DNA of 64,000 bases from NCBI GenBank assembly GCA_963799845.1, contig CAWCYI010000004.1, positions 1,536,001-1,600,000 on the forward strand, written 5' to 3'. Both the position numbers and the translations under genes were made by a program. Below, in pieces: positions 31,139-41,070 of the stretch. This DNA comes from an uncultured Nitrososphaerota archaeon. Lineage in GTDB: Archaea; Thermoproteota; Nitrososphaeria; Nitrososphaerales; CADDZS01. Under the pieces are notes generated by a model. It did no database searches. It worked only from the letters and a program-made list of their open reading frames with translations, and was not told the origin of the DNA. Within the stretch, counting starts at the first letter, position 1; the number at the start of each line of letters is the position of its first letter.

Positions 31139-32320
31139 TTGATTTTGTCAGCAAAGGCAGTACAGTTAGAGCAGCAGGCAGAAACAGGCGAGCGCATTTC
31201 AGTAAGCAAAATCAAGCAAGTCCTGAATTACGCTTACGAGATAGGACGGCCTGTGTTTCTGCAAGGGAGACCCGGAACTGGAAAGTCCAGTCTGGTCAAG
31301 TCCCTTGCTCAAGAGCTTGGAATAGATTTCATCGACCTGAGGCTTTCGCAAATTCTCCCGGAGGACCTGAGGGGATTTCCGAAAATCAACGGAATACAAG
31401 AAAAGCAAAAACTAATCCCGGAACAGGAGTTCGAAAATTACCTCGGCGAGGGGTGGCGCTACCTTGGAACTCTTCCTTCGGGCAGAGTGGTAGTTGAGAG
31501 CAGTGATAAGAGCAATGAACAGACTACGTGGATTCGGTCGGAGTTCCTCCCGTCCTCCGGCAGGGGGATACTGTTCCTGGATGAGCTCCCGAACGCAGAA
31601 CCTTCGAAACAGAACGCTGCGCTCCAGCTCGTCCTCGACAGGAGGCTAGGAAACTACGTACTTCCCGACGGATGGTTCGTTGTCGCTGCCGGGAACGGTG
31701 CCGAAGATAGGGCACATGTCTTCGAGCTGAGCTCCGCTCTGAATAACAGGTTCATCAACATCGAGTTCCCGGTCCCGACGTTTGAGGAGTGGTTCGAGTG
31801 GGGCGCGGGAAAAATCCACCCTGGTATATTCGGGTTCTTGAAACTGAAGCCGTCGCTGATGTTCAAGTTCGACCCTAGAGCCAAGGACAAGGCGTGGCCC
31901 TCCCTTCGTACGTGGGAAATCGCCTCTGACCTCTTCAAGGTGTCGAACGATCCTTCCGTGGTGAGGTTCGCGGTAGGCGAGGGCGCAGGGATCGAGTTCG
32001 AGGGGTTCTGGGACCTCCGGAGCAAGATACCAAATCCGGATAAAGTGTTTTCAGACCCGGAGGGAGTAAAAATCCCCGACGATCTTTCGCTCCAGCACGT
32101 GATGGCGGCGATGGTTGCAGAGAGGGCGATGCAGAAGAGAGACCCGAAGACGGTTGACGCGGCCTGCGCGATAATCTCGAAGCTTCCTCCAGAGCTTGGC
32201 ATGATGTCGTTGAAGATGATCGTTTCCACGAAAGGCCTCACAGAGCTCGTCTTCAAATCGCGACACTGGAAGCAAAACCTAGCGCCAAAGTGGGGAAAGT
32301 ACCTGCTGAACGCAAATTAA
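31139..32320 (+). CDS. MoxR-like AAA+ ATPase
   Basis: GRPGTGKS, IDLRLSQ..EDLRGFP, ILFLDEL, AAGN, ALNNRF, WPSLRTWE. Confidence 0.9.
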   Translation: MILSAKAVQLEQQAETGERISVSKIKQVLNYAYEIGRPVFLQGRPGTGKSSLVKSLAQELGIDFIDLRLSQILPEDLRGFPKINGIQEKQKLIPEQEFENYLGEGWRYLGTLPSGRVVVESSDKSNEQTTWIRSEFLPSSGRGILFLDELPNAEPSKQNAALQLVLDRRLGNYVLPDGWFVVAAGNGAEDRAHVFELSSALNNRFINIEFPVPTFEEWFEWGAGKIHPGIFGFLKLKPSLMFKFDPRAKDKAWPSLRTWEIASDLFKVSNDPSVVRFAVGEGAGIEFEGFWDLRSKIPNPDKVFSDPEGVKIPDDLSLQHVMAAMVAERAMQKRDPKTVDAACAIISKLPPELGMMSLKMIVSTKGLTELVFKSRHWKQNLAPKWGKYLLNAN

Positions 32321-32385
32321 TTAGCAGCCGTCCGCTATTGTGCCTAACTAACTAGTTTCCGAGCGAAGTAAGAGGGTCATCACGA

Positions 32386-33567
32386 ATGACTGAACTTTCA
32401 CCGGAAGATAAAATGATCAAGGCGCGCGTACAGCTCCTAATCAATCACCCATTCTTTGGATATTTCCTCACCCACCTGCGGTTCAAAAGCACCGACACGG
32501 CGACCGAAACTGCAGCTGTCCAGTACGATCGAAAAAAGAACGAATACCTCGATTTGCTTTACTACAATCCGGAGTTCGTCTTAAAGCTGAACACAAATGA
32601 AGTGATGGGACTGCAAGTCCATGAGATGCTCCACATCCTACTACAGCAAGAACAGCGAAGAGGCGAGAGAGAAGAGCGAAGATGGTACACGGCATCGGAG
32701 ATAGGAGTCAATGACACCGCTCTAAAATCAGGTTTCACTCTTCCAGGAGAAACTGATGAGAGGCTCAGAGGCATACTTCCAGACAATAAAACGGAAGGCA
32801 AATCTGTGGAAGAGATCTACGATCTCCTTCCTCCAACTTTCGAAATCGAGATCCCCGTGCACCTTATCTGTATCAAGGAAGAAGAAAACCGGAGCGAAGT
32901 TGGAACTTCAAACCAAAGTTCGGAAGGCACCGTTCAAGTCATTCCAAACCCCATAAGCCAGAAGGATCTGAAGTCGATAATCTCAGAGTCGGCCGCATAC
33001 GCAAAAATGTACGGGAGGATGCCTGCCGGCCTCGAGCTGCTCGTGGACGATCTACTGACACCGAAACTAAGCTGGCGGGAGCTCCTGTGGCGATACGTGA
33101 CGCAGGAATTCATTTCTGACTATACTTGGGCTTCCCCCAACAGGAGATACGTTCAGCACGGAGTCTATCTGCCGGGAGTCGTTAGGGGAGGGCTCGATCT
33201 TGCAGTTTGCGTGGACACATCAGGAAGCATAGATCTGAACACACTCTCTGAGTTCTTCGCGGAGATCAGAGCAATCGCAGCATCTTATGAAAATGCCAGA
33301 GTTCACCTGATTGAATGCGACGCCGAGGTGACCGGAGTTTATGAAATTGACGAGCGAAACATCAAAGACATCAAATTCAGAGGAGGAGGGGGTACGCTCT
33401 TCACTCCCGCCTTGAAGAAAGCATCAGAATTCAACCCGAGAGTGTGCGTCTACCTGACTGATGGATGCGGTGACTTCCCCACGGACGAACCGCCATTCCC
33501 CGTGATATGGACGCTCACGAACCGGGATACAGAAACGCCATTTGGTATTTGCGTCGTCATTGGATAA
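32386..33567 (+). CDS. DUF2201-type metallopeptidase-vWA protein (MoxR partner)
   Basis: HPFFG, YNPEF, HEMLH, MIDAS VDTSGS, GGGGT, YLTDG. Confidence 0.88.
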   Translation: MTELSPEDKMIKARVQLLINHPFFGYFLTHLRFKSTDTATETAAVQYDRKKNEYLDLLYYNPEFVLKLNTNEVMGLQVHEMLHILLQQEQRRGEREERRWYTASEIGVNDTALKSGFTLPGETDERLRGILPDNKTEGKSVEEIYDLLPPTFEIEIPVHLICIKEEENRSEVGTSNQSSEGTVQVIPNPISQKDLKSIISESAAYAKMYGRMPAGLELLVDDLLTPKLSWRELLWRYVTQEFISDYTWASPNRRYVQHGVYLPGVVRGGLDLAVCVDTSGSIDLNTLSEFFAEIRAIAASYENARVHLIECDAEVTGVYEIDERNIKDIKFRGGGGTLFTPALKKASEFNPRVCVYLTDGCGDFPTDEPPFPVIWTLTNRDTETPFGICVVIG

Positions 33568-33721
33568 ACTGCGAGTGTTTTTTTCCAGAATCCAATATCA
33601 AAATGATGTTGGGAACGTCTTCCTGGGATTGGTGACCCATTCGAAACAATGAGTCACAAAGAGCTTGAATGGCCGGGACTTCCATTGGTTTGCTCTTTTT
33701 GGAAAATCAGGTGAAATACAG

Positions 33722-34093
33722 ATGTCTGTGGTCAGATGCAAATATTGCGACCAACTCCTTGGCGAGAAAGGTCTCAAAAAGCACGAAGAAAAGTGCGGAA
33801 CGCTCTTCTCTTTCTGGGTTAACGTCAGGGATGGCGAGCACGAGTACTCTCACTTCGAGCTTGTCAAAGCAAAGACGCAAAGCGAGGCAGACGCCCGCGC
33901 AAGGATGTACGCAAAGAGCTTTCTTGGCTGCAAGATGAAACCGCGCGAGTGGACGCATGACGAGAAAGGGAGGCAGCTCTTCGCCATCGCCTGGGAGCCA
34001 GCGGGTGGAGGAGAGTACCGCATAGTCGAAATGGAAGGGACGGACCCGACGACCCCTGAGAAGGTGATCTCGACATTTTTGAGACTTGACTAG
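33722..34093 (+). CDS. Hypothetical protein with N-terminal CxxC..H..C zinc finger
   Basis: CKYC...KHEEKC. Confidence 0.6.
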   Translation: MSVVRCKYCDQLLGEKGLKKHEEKCGTLFSFWVNVRDGEHEYSHFELVKAKTQSEADARARMYAKSFLGCKMKPREWTHDEKGRQLFAIAWEPAGGGEYRIVEMEGTDPTTPEKVISTFLRLD

Positions 34094-34128
34094 TTAAGGC
34101 ACAAGGCTCAACAGGCGGTGAAGAGTAA

Positions 34129-34422
34129 ATGCCTGGTGAAACGATTCCCGAACTATATGAGACGGAGAAGGTTCCCATCGAAAAGAAGGTGATTCATCGC
34201 AGGTATCATATCAAGCAAATCGGTTTCTACTGGCTCGTCTCAGAACTCGACAAAGAAGAAAATCTCGCATTCGGTTACGCTAACCTCAACGATGACAGAT
34301 TCGCAGAGTGGGGTTACATTAGCATCCAAGAGCTACTCGAGAATGGAGCAGAGCTTGATAGAGAGTGGAAACCATGTACCTTTGCTGAAGCTATGGAGAG
34401 AATTAGGAAAGAGACATCATAA
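34129..34422 (+). CDS. DUF2958-like protein
   Basis: WLVSELD...AFGYANL...EWGYISIQEL...ELDREW. Confidence 0.75.
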   Translation: MPGETIPELYETEKVPIEKKVIHRRYHIKQIGFYWLVSELDKEENLAFGYANLNDDRFAEWGYISIQELLENGAELDREWKPCTFAEAMERIRKETS

Positions 34423-34538
34423 TCCAAAACAGACCGTCCGAATTTGTGATGGCTGCGGTAACGAGCTTGCGGAGAAGTTGGGATTCTTCACATGGCAGCA
34501 AGTCGAGTTAGGTCGAAGTGAAGAAGGGGGAATAATCC

Positions 34539-34925
34539 ATGACTGGCGAGATGACAAAGCCGAAGAACGCCGAGCGGGGAGAGGAGTACTGGAAGGGAAG
34601 ATCAACCTCTTGGGGCAGCATTATAGGAGACGAAGGAGTACTCATACGCCCTAACTACCCCGATATTTTCGCGCTTTCAGATAAACTCACAGCTCTCGGA
34701 ATCAAGAACGAAGTGCGTCCCTTCGATGTCTATCAGGGGCCGTACATTGAATTCGCCGCTCTCTCGTCATTCCATCATCCACTGCAGATCTGGTATAGCG
34801 AGGACTATCCGCTGACCAAGTGGTCTATAGTGTCTGAACTGAAACCTGTGTACGCTAGAGATGACGAAGAAACGCTCGAGGTGATTTCATCGATCCTCCC
34901 GCTCCTTTGCATCAGACAATCCTGA
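34539..34925 (+). CDS. Hypothetical protein
   Basis: Co-oriented ORF. Confidence 0.5.
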   Translation: MTGEMTKPKNAERGEEYWKGRSTSWGSIIGDEGVLIRPNYPDIFALSDKLTALGIKNEVRPFDVYQGPYIEFAALSSFHHPLQIWYSEDYPLTKWSIVSELKPVYARDDEETLEVISSILPLLCIRQS

Positions 34926-34950
34926 TCGAATTGTAGGGGCTGATCTAAAA

Positions 34951-35202
34951 ATGATTAGCACAGGAAGTTACCCGGCAAGACGTTTCAGCAGAGAACGCAT
35001 ACTGAAAAGCGTGGAATCTGTACTCAAGACTAGAGACATCAGTCGATTGAGTCAGGAAGCGTACGAATTCATAACCTTCTACTGTGGGACTGCATCCCAC
35101 TACAGCATAAGCGGGTGGAAAGATGTGCACAGAGACGTGCGCGACTTTGTCAATCTCTTTCTGAAGAGTAATGAGTATGGGATAAATCTCGAAAGGGAGT
35201 AA
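34951..35202 (+). CDS. Hypothetical protein, possibly truncated
   Basis: AYEFITFYCGTASHY motif. Confidence 0.5.
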   Translation: MISTGSYPARRFSRERILKSVESVLKTRDISRLSQEAYEFITFYCGTASHYSISGWKDVHRDVRDFVNLFLKSNEYGINLERE

Positions 35203-35397
35203 AGGAGAACTCTGGAAAAGATCCACCAAATGAGTTTGGGACGGTCAGTGGAATAGTCGAGCTCTGCAGAACGTACAAGGAAGAGGTTTTCAGAGCTCTC
35301 TGATCTTTCCGAAAGAAGGGAAAGCATCAAGATCGCGAACCGCCTTCTGCAGGGAACCATCTCCCTGAAAGATCTTTTTGGAGCTCGGACCTTCCCA

Positions 35398-35643
35398 ATG
35401 CACTCCTTATCCCATTACAATGCGGGAACGAACAGTGCAAAAAACGTACGCGAGCTAGTCGAGGAGGTGAACAGGCTGATTTACGTTATGGACATAGATG
35501 GAATAAAGGAACTGGCGAGGATGTATCCCAAGGAAGTCATGGTGGCTGGCAACTACGTCAACGCGAAGGTCAGATACGTCGTGCAGTCAATCATCGCTTC
35601 GGAAGTGGGACAACTGAAACAGGAGAAAAATGAGCAGTCGTAA
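35398..35643 (+). CDS. Hypothetical protein
   Basis: 81-aa ORF. Confidence 0.45.
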   Translation: MHSLSHYNAGTNSAKNVRELVEEVNRLIYVMDIDGIKELARMYPKEVMVAGNYVNAKVRYVVQSIIASEVGQLKQEKNEQS

Positions 35644-35721
35644 CAGCATCACTCGGGAAAATGCTCCACCCGGCAGAAATTTGGTGTTAAATTAGCTTCG
35701 AACGAGGTATGATCGATAGAA

Positions 35722-36285
35722 TTGGATCCGCCGTACGCCATGATAAATGAGCTGACAGAGAGGACTTCCGTCGCTGAGGCAAACGAGCTTCTGAATGAAG
35801 GCTGGGTCCTGATCAAATCAGCCGAGCTTCTGCGTGTGGATGACCAGGGCCACCAGATAACGACCATAACTTACATTCTTGGACATATTAAAGAAAAACG
35901 AAGATCCAGCACTATCAAGCCCAGGGTTGTCGCAGCAGCTTCCTCCATCAAACAACAACAGGGTGGTGACGGAAGCATCAAGGCCGTTCCTTCAAGCCAA
36001 GCTTCGACCGAGTCAGTTGATACTCCGCCCACTCCTCCTCCACCAAACATACTTTCCCTACCCATACGGTGGAGGCAGAAGAAAGACCTGAATCCAAACT
36101 TTTTCTATGCGTTCACGTACGGACTCGATGGTGAGCTGGATCCTACAGTGGGATCAGTAGTTGACGCTCTCAAGCTGAGCAGTACCGGATCTATTGAGCA
36201 GGATGGCTGGAAATTCACCGTGAGCAAAGACGGTAAATTTCTCCAAAGAAGCAGGCATGCACAAGTGAAAGTGGTGAACAAATAG
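35722..36285 (+). CDS. Hypothetical two-domain protein with Pro/Ser linker
   Basis: N domain ANELLNEGWVLI, linker, C domain DGWKFTVSKDGKFLQR. Confidence 0.65.
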   Translation: MDPPYAMINELTERTSVAEANELLNEGWVLIKSAELLRVDDQGHQITTITYILGHIKEKRRSSTIKPRVVAAASSIKQQQGGDGSIKAVPSSQASTESVDTPPTPPPPNILSLPIRWRQKKDLNPNFFYAFTYGLDGELDPTVGSVVDALKLSSTGSIEQDGWKFTVSKDGKFLQRSRHAQVKVVNK

Positions 36286-36806
36286 TCTCAGGATGCAGCG
36301 ATTGCTAATTCTAAGAGAAACCATGAGTCGTTTAATTTTCGTGACGGATGCCGAAAACTAAGGGAAGAATAAGAAAATTCCCTCTGCGAAAAGCAAGTTT
36401 GCAGAGGACGTTAATCCCTTCCTACCGGAAGAAGAATACCCCTGACGATCCCGACCTAGGGATGAACGCATGTTTGTCAAACTAGACGACGGGTGCTTTC
36501 AAAAAGTCTCTCTAACAAGAATCACTTTGCGAAGGTTGGCCTTTTCTACACTGTAGAAGGCCGAAACTGATTTCCTGTGAAGCTGCTTGGCTAACCCCGC
36601 CGCGTGAACGAGGATGTCTAGTAGCAGAGGAACAGTTGGGCCGTCGATAAATCAAATCTTTGAACTGTGAGAGCTTTGTAGGGCTTCGCTAGTAAGCAGT
36701 TGAAAGAGGTTTATTTCTTATTGTTCATCTGTTCCTAATTGTTCGTAAACAGACGCGAACAGACGAAAATTCACAGAGGGAGTTCAAATATTCTAAGTTT
36801 TGTAAG

Positions 36807-37070
36807 TTACAAACTTTGTAAGGAATGGGTGGTCCTGAGCCACTCCGCAAACAGGTTATCCGTAAACTGATAGACACCTCGTGAGGGCCTCATGATCATT
36901 CCGCGGTTGTATAGCATGTTGAATGCTCTGTTCACTGTATCATTCTCCATGTATTCCTCTTTTGCAATGTCAACAGGCTTGGCATTAGGTATTCGCGATA
37001 ATGCCGCCAAGGTCTTTATTTCAGAGAGACTTAGATCATTCATGAATTCCATAAAATTGAGATAGCCGGG
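36807..37070 (-). pseudogene. C-terminal wHTH remnant of an archaeal ATPase
   Basis: LYNRGMI..RGVYQFTDNLFAEWL; frame closed by a stop at 37071-37073, so the ATPase domain is missing. Confidence 0.6.
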
Positions 37071-38126
37071 TCAGGAAAGGCATTCACCATTGACCTCCCA
37101 GGCGCGAATCTATACGACATTGCGAGCAGGGGTGCATGGTTGGACAATAATACACTCACTTCCATCATACCCGGCGTGTCGCTTTATGGACCGTATCCAT
37201 TCTTTGCTAGCTATATCGTCGAATTCGGAATGAACACAACGAACCAGCAAACCTGAAGCTATTACACGTTCCAGCTTTTTGCCGACTTGAGGTTCAGGTT
37301 AGCCTTCGCTGATGCCGTCAACATGACCGAAGTGAATATTGACGTGAATAACAAGCTCGGGGTTGTGGGAAATGGTGCCATACCTCCCGGACTACCTCCA
37401 TCAGGATCTTACAATCCCGATACAACAACAAGATACAGCTACAACCTAACAGGCGTCCAAGATAATCTGCTCGCAGCCATGCTCCACCCGATAACGAGTT
37501 TTACATTCAAAAACGGAACCGCGGCTCCCCAGGGAACCTTCAACAATACTTTCGGATGCGCAACTCTTCCGACTTCGGGAACTTGCTCAAATCCTGTAGC
37601 TCGGACAATCAACATGTACTACGGTACGGGTGAAACTTTATCGCAGACTGTTATGGAAGACATAGCCGCGGCAGTAAACAATGTCAGTTCGACGTACAAT
37701 ATGGGTCTGACCGTTGACGTCGTTCCTCTTCCGTCTGGTCAAGAGACATCTCTCTACGAAGCGGGTTATCTGCAGTGCTTCACGACTGCTTGGACATTCG
37801 ATTATCCGTGGGCCACCGACTTTCTAGTCGGATTGTACACGCCAGGCGGCCCATCGAATGCATTCGGCTGGAACTTTACACAGATGGCTACCCTTTCAAA
37901 CCAGATGCTGAAGGCCGATTCGAGTGATAACGTCAGCGGCCTAATAGAACTGACTAACGAGATGAACCAATTCGCAAATAGTGAGGTTCAGTACCTTTGG
38001 ACAGTATACCCGTCGCTTGTCTCAGCTAACTCGGCAATAGGAGTATTTACTTCCAATGTACATGGGTATTACTTCAACCCATCACTGAACGGTCCCTATT
38101 TCGCTGATATGTACGTCACGAGTTAG
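37062..38126 (+). pseudogene. 5'-truncated ABC peptide-binding protein (family 5), in-frame TGA at 37254
   Basis: FADLRFRLAFADAVN, WTFDYP, VHGYYFNPS; no signal peptide or N-terminal half. Confidence 0.7.
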
Positions 38127-38232
38127 CTCTGATTCATCCCGAATATCGCCTGTGAACCTGTGCTTATGATATTCAAGCTTGGGATGAGGATCGCTGAGGG
38201 TTTTAACCACTTACTAACTGGATGGTTTCTTG

Positions 38233-39096
38233 TTACGATGAATCGTACCATAGGGTTGCAAACGACTTTCCGTTCTGCAACGCAGAAGGGACTGCCAGTG
38301 GATAAGTGGGCGAGTTTGATGAATACATAGTCACATCATAAACAGAGTCCCCTTTCACAGACGCGAAGGAAGATATCGATCCCGTTTTGCCAGATATCGT
38401 TGCAGTATCAGTCAGCTTTGACGAAAGCTTGGTGTATACAGGACCCGAGAACACATTCCCAAAATTGGACAAAGAAGCAAGGCTGCATCCAAACAATATA
38501 CTGCAAAGTGTCGGCCTTTCAATGATCCATTCCGCGGTGGATTCCTGCGCTCCGCTGACTGTTCCGCTGGCCTGGAAAACCCAGTTCTGAGCGTGGTCGG
38601 TGATCTTCAATGTGTAAAGTTCGGTTAGTGAGGAAAAGATTACCTGCGCGGAGATTACATCGCCTGATGATACCTTGTCTGATATAGTGACCGAATTTTG
38701 CGGATAGAATTCATACCAGGCATAATAGCTGGCTCCGAGTATGCCGCAATTAGAATCTGTTCCAATTTGTTCAACAGTATTTGTTCCCGCTCCGTCGATC
38801 CCGACCCAAACAGCCGCATAAGTCCCGCTAAGGAAGGAACAGCTCACAGTCGGAACGATCCAAGACATCTGAACATCCGAAATTTTCCCAGCTGGAGCTT
38901 CTATCACATAACCAGCCCAGTTGGTGCTGCCAGACGGTGATATCGAATTTTTCACGGCTGGCTGAGCAGAAGGTATGGTTATCTCCGGCGCTCCAATGCT
39001 CTTTGAGAAACTAGTTATCCCTACACCAAATATTGACGCGAAAGCAAGTATCGCCGCCACTCCGAATGTAAGGACCAAATTCGATCGGGCTCTCAT
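38233..39096 (-). CDS. Secreted G1-family glutamic peptidase
   Basis: STNWAGY, WVGIDG, VEQIGT, AWYEFYP, AEWIIERP; signal peptide. Confidence 0.9.
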   Translation of the reverse strand: MRARSNLVLTFGVAAILAFASIFGVGITSFSKSIGAPEITIPSAQPAVKNSISPSGSTNWAGYVIEAPAGKISDVQMSWIVPTVSCSFLSGTYAAVWVGIDGAGTNTVEQIGTDSNCGILGASYYAWYEFYPQNSVTISDKVSSGDVISAQVIFSSLTELYTLKITDHAQNWVFQASGTVSGAQESTAEWIIERPTLCSILFGCSLASLSNFGNVFSGPVYTKLSSKLTDTATISGKTGSISSFASVKGDSVYDVTMYSSNSPTYPLAVPSALQNGKSFATLWYDSS

Positions 39097-39197
39097 GCAA
39101 AAGTCACTTCGAGCGAGCGAACGTCAATATTTATTCTTTGAAACATTTTTGATTCAATTGATATAGCACAGTCATTTGCTACCGTGAATTCATTCTG

Positions 39198-39650
39198 GTG
39201 AGATTGTTGAGTCTATTCTACGAGGACTTTACCATTGGACAAAAATTTGTTTCTGGAGAGAGGGAACTCCAGAGCGATGACATCTTGAGATTCGCGGAGC
39301 TTACTGGCGATTTTAACAAGCTCCATTTCGACCGCAATTTCTCGACAAGCAGCGGATTCAAAGACGTAATTGTTCACGGGATGCTCACGCTGTCGATAAT
39401 GCTTGGACTGTGGCACTCGCTCGACCTGACCAATGGTACTATTTTTGCCTTTGCAGGATTGAACGAAGTATCATTCAAGAATCCGGTGTATGTTGGAGAC
39501 AAGCTCCACTTAACCTCCGAGATAGCTTCGAAAAGAGAGTTACGATCTCGGAAGAACGCGGGACTCGTTACCGTGAAGCTACAGGGAATTAACCAAAAGA
39601 ATGAAACAGTCCTAGAAGCAGAACTTGTATTGATTATCAAAAGGAAATAG
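39198..39650 (+). CDS. MaoC-family dehydratase
   Basis: FAELTGDFNKLH...VHGML; PVYVGD. Confidence 0.9.
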   Translation: MRLLSLFYEDFTIGQKFVSGERELQSDDILRFAELTGDFNKLHFDRNFSTSSGFKDVIVHGMLTLSIMLGLWHSLDLTNGTIFAFAGLNEVSFKNPVYVGDKLHLTSEIASKRELRSRKNAGLVTVKLQGINQKNETVLEAELVLIIKRK

Positions 39651-39892
39651 TAAACATTCCCTTGTTGATAAGTTCCCTAGCTTTACCTCGGGAAATTATG
39701 GCGCTTACCAAGACGTTTGTATCCAGCAGGACTTTCAGAATCGGGCGGATCGTCATCATCATTTGTTACTGCGTTTCTCCTTTCTGCTTGCTTCAATCTC
39801 TTATAGAACTTCCTTTTCAGAAATTCGCAATTTCTTCTTGTCCATCACCTTGAATATTTCCCTCCATTCTTTTCCAGGTTCTCCCATGGGAT

Positions 39893-40900
39893 TTACATCC
39901 TGACGATTGCCTTGATCGCTTCCCCGCTTTTGCTCAGGGCAAAAGCCCTGCCAATCTCTTCCAGCGGAACCTCGTGGGTTACTATGACATCAGTCGGAAT
40001 AAAACCGGCGTCGAGCATCTCTATTGCAGGCCTGAACGTCGCATTCTGGGTGAAAGTGCCTAAAATCTCCCTTTCATAGCGCATGATCGCGGAGGGTGAA
40101 AATCTTGCCTCGGCGCCTCCCCTGACAGTTCCCATGAGTACCGCCCTGCCACCCCTTCCCAACGACCTGATCGCCGCTTCCACGGTCTCCACCTTGCCTA
40201 TCACCTCCACAGCTACATCGGCCCCGCCGGTTTCTTCCAGCACCCTCTTTATCGGATCTTCCGTAGTGGGATCAATTCCCATGTCAGCTCCAACCTTGAT
40301 CGCCGCCGCTCTTCTTTTCGGTGCGATCTCGACAGACAGTATACGCCGCAGTCCCGCCCGCCGGAAAAGGCTGATCCAAAACAGTCCCATCGGCCCCGCG
40401 CCGTAAACAACCGCGCTCTCGGATGGTTTAACCCCCGCCCGTCGAAAGCCGTTGATTACGCAGGAGAAAGGTTCGGTTAGAGCAGCGGTCTTCCAATCCA
40501 TCCTGTCGGGAACTTTGTATACCGCCTTTTCTGGCGCGACCACATACGTCGCGAATCCTCCATCGATATCCTCGCCAATACTGACGAGGTTTTCACACAG
40601 GTTCGGTTTCTCAGACCGGCATGAAGGGCAGGTACCGCACCGCAAATTCGGATCTACCACGACGTGATCTCCAATTGACACGCTCTTCACACTGGTTCCC
40701 ACCTCTGAAACTTCTCCGGCACATTCGTGTCCAAGGATCACCGGTGCCTTTGCTGGGACGCGCCCTTCCAGGATCCCAAGATCAGTTCCGCAAGTACCGC
40801 AGGCGCGCATCCTCACTAATACATCGCTCGGCTGCGAAATACGCGGTTGCTCGACCTCGACCACGTTGACAGTTCTTCCATCGAAGACCGCGCCCATCAT
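39893..40900 (-). CDS. Zinc-dependent alcohol/sugar dehydrogenase (MDR family)
   Basis: CGTD, GHE, CGTCPSC..NLC, GAGPMG; start taken at MMGAVF (approximate). Confidence 0.9.
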   Translation of the reverse strand: MMGAVFDGRTVNVVEVEQPRISQPSDVLVRMRACGTCGTDLGILEGRVPAKAPVILGHECAGEVSEVGTSVKSVSIGDHVVVDPNLRCGTCPSCRSEKPNLCENLVSIGEDIDGGFATYVVAPEKAVYKVPDRMDWKTAALTEPFSCVINGFRRAGVKPSESAVVYGAGPMGLFWISLFRRAGLRRILSVEIAPKRRAAAIKVGADMGIDPTTEDPIKRVLEETGGADVAVEVIGKVETVEAAIRSLGRGGRAVLMGTVRGGAEARFSPSAIMRYEREILGTFTQNATFRPAIEMLDAGFIPTDVIVTHEVPLEEIGRAFALSKSGEAIKAIVRM

Positions 40901-41070
40901 CTTGTCCAATTCAAAAATCAGTTGAACTTTTGATAACGAAAAATAAGAATTTCGTTCGTTGGTTCGGAATCTTTCAAAAAAGTTTGGCGTCCTCTCTTCC
41001 ACAATATATTCTCAGAAGGCGAATTTGCTTTTGAAACAATAAATAGGAAGTAAGACCTGGTTGCAGCAAG

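Larger units (their letters stand above)
1..37065. mobile_element. Integrative/conjugative element or integrated conjugative plasmid (left end outside window; right end approximate)
   Basis: Clustered VirB4, VirB6-like, pilin-like, PrgI-like and VirD4-like genes, IS elements and a long co-oriented block of plasmid-type hypotheticals. Abrupt switch to metabolic genes after a junction of two truncated genes near 37065. No integrase or att site seen. Confidence 0.75.

Noticed and set aside
36300-36700. tRNA or att site at the island end
   Set aside because: Only isolated hairpins (CCTCTGC/GCAGAGG, GGCCTT..TCTACA/TGTAGAAGGCC); no cloverleaf or T-loop.
15534-37080. GGTCAGGAAAG at ~15539 and ~37069 as att sites
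   Set aside because: An 11-bp match is expected many times by chance in 64 kb, and no tRNA or integrase is associated.
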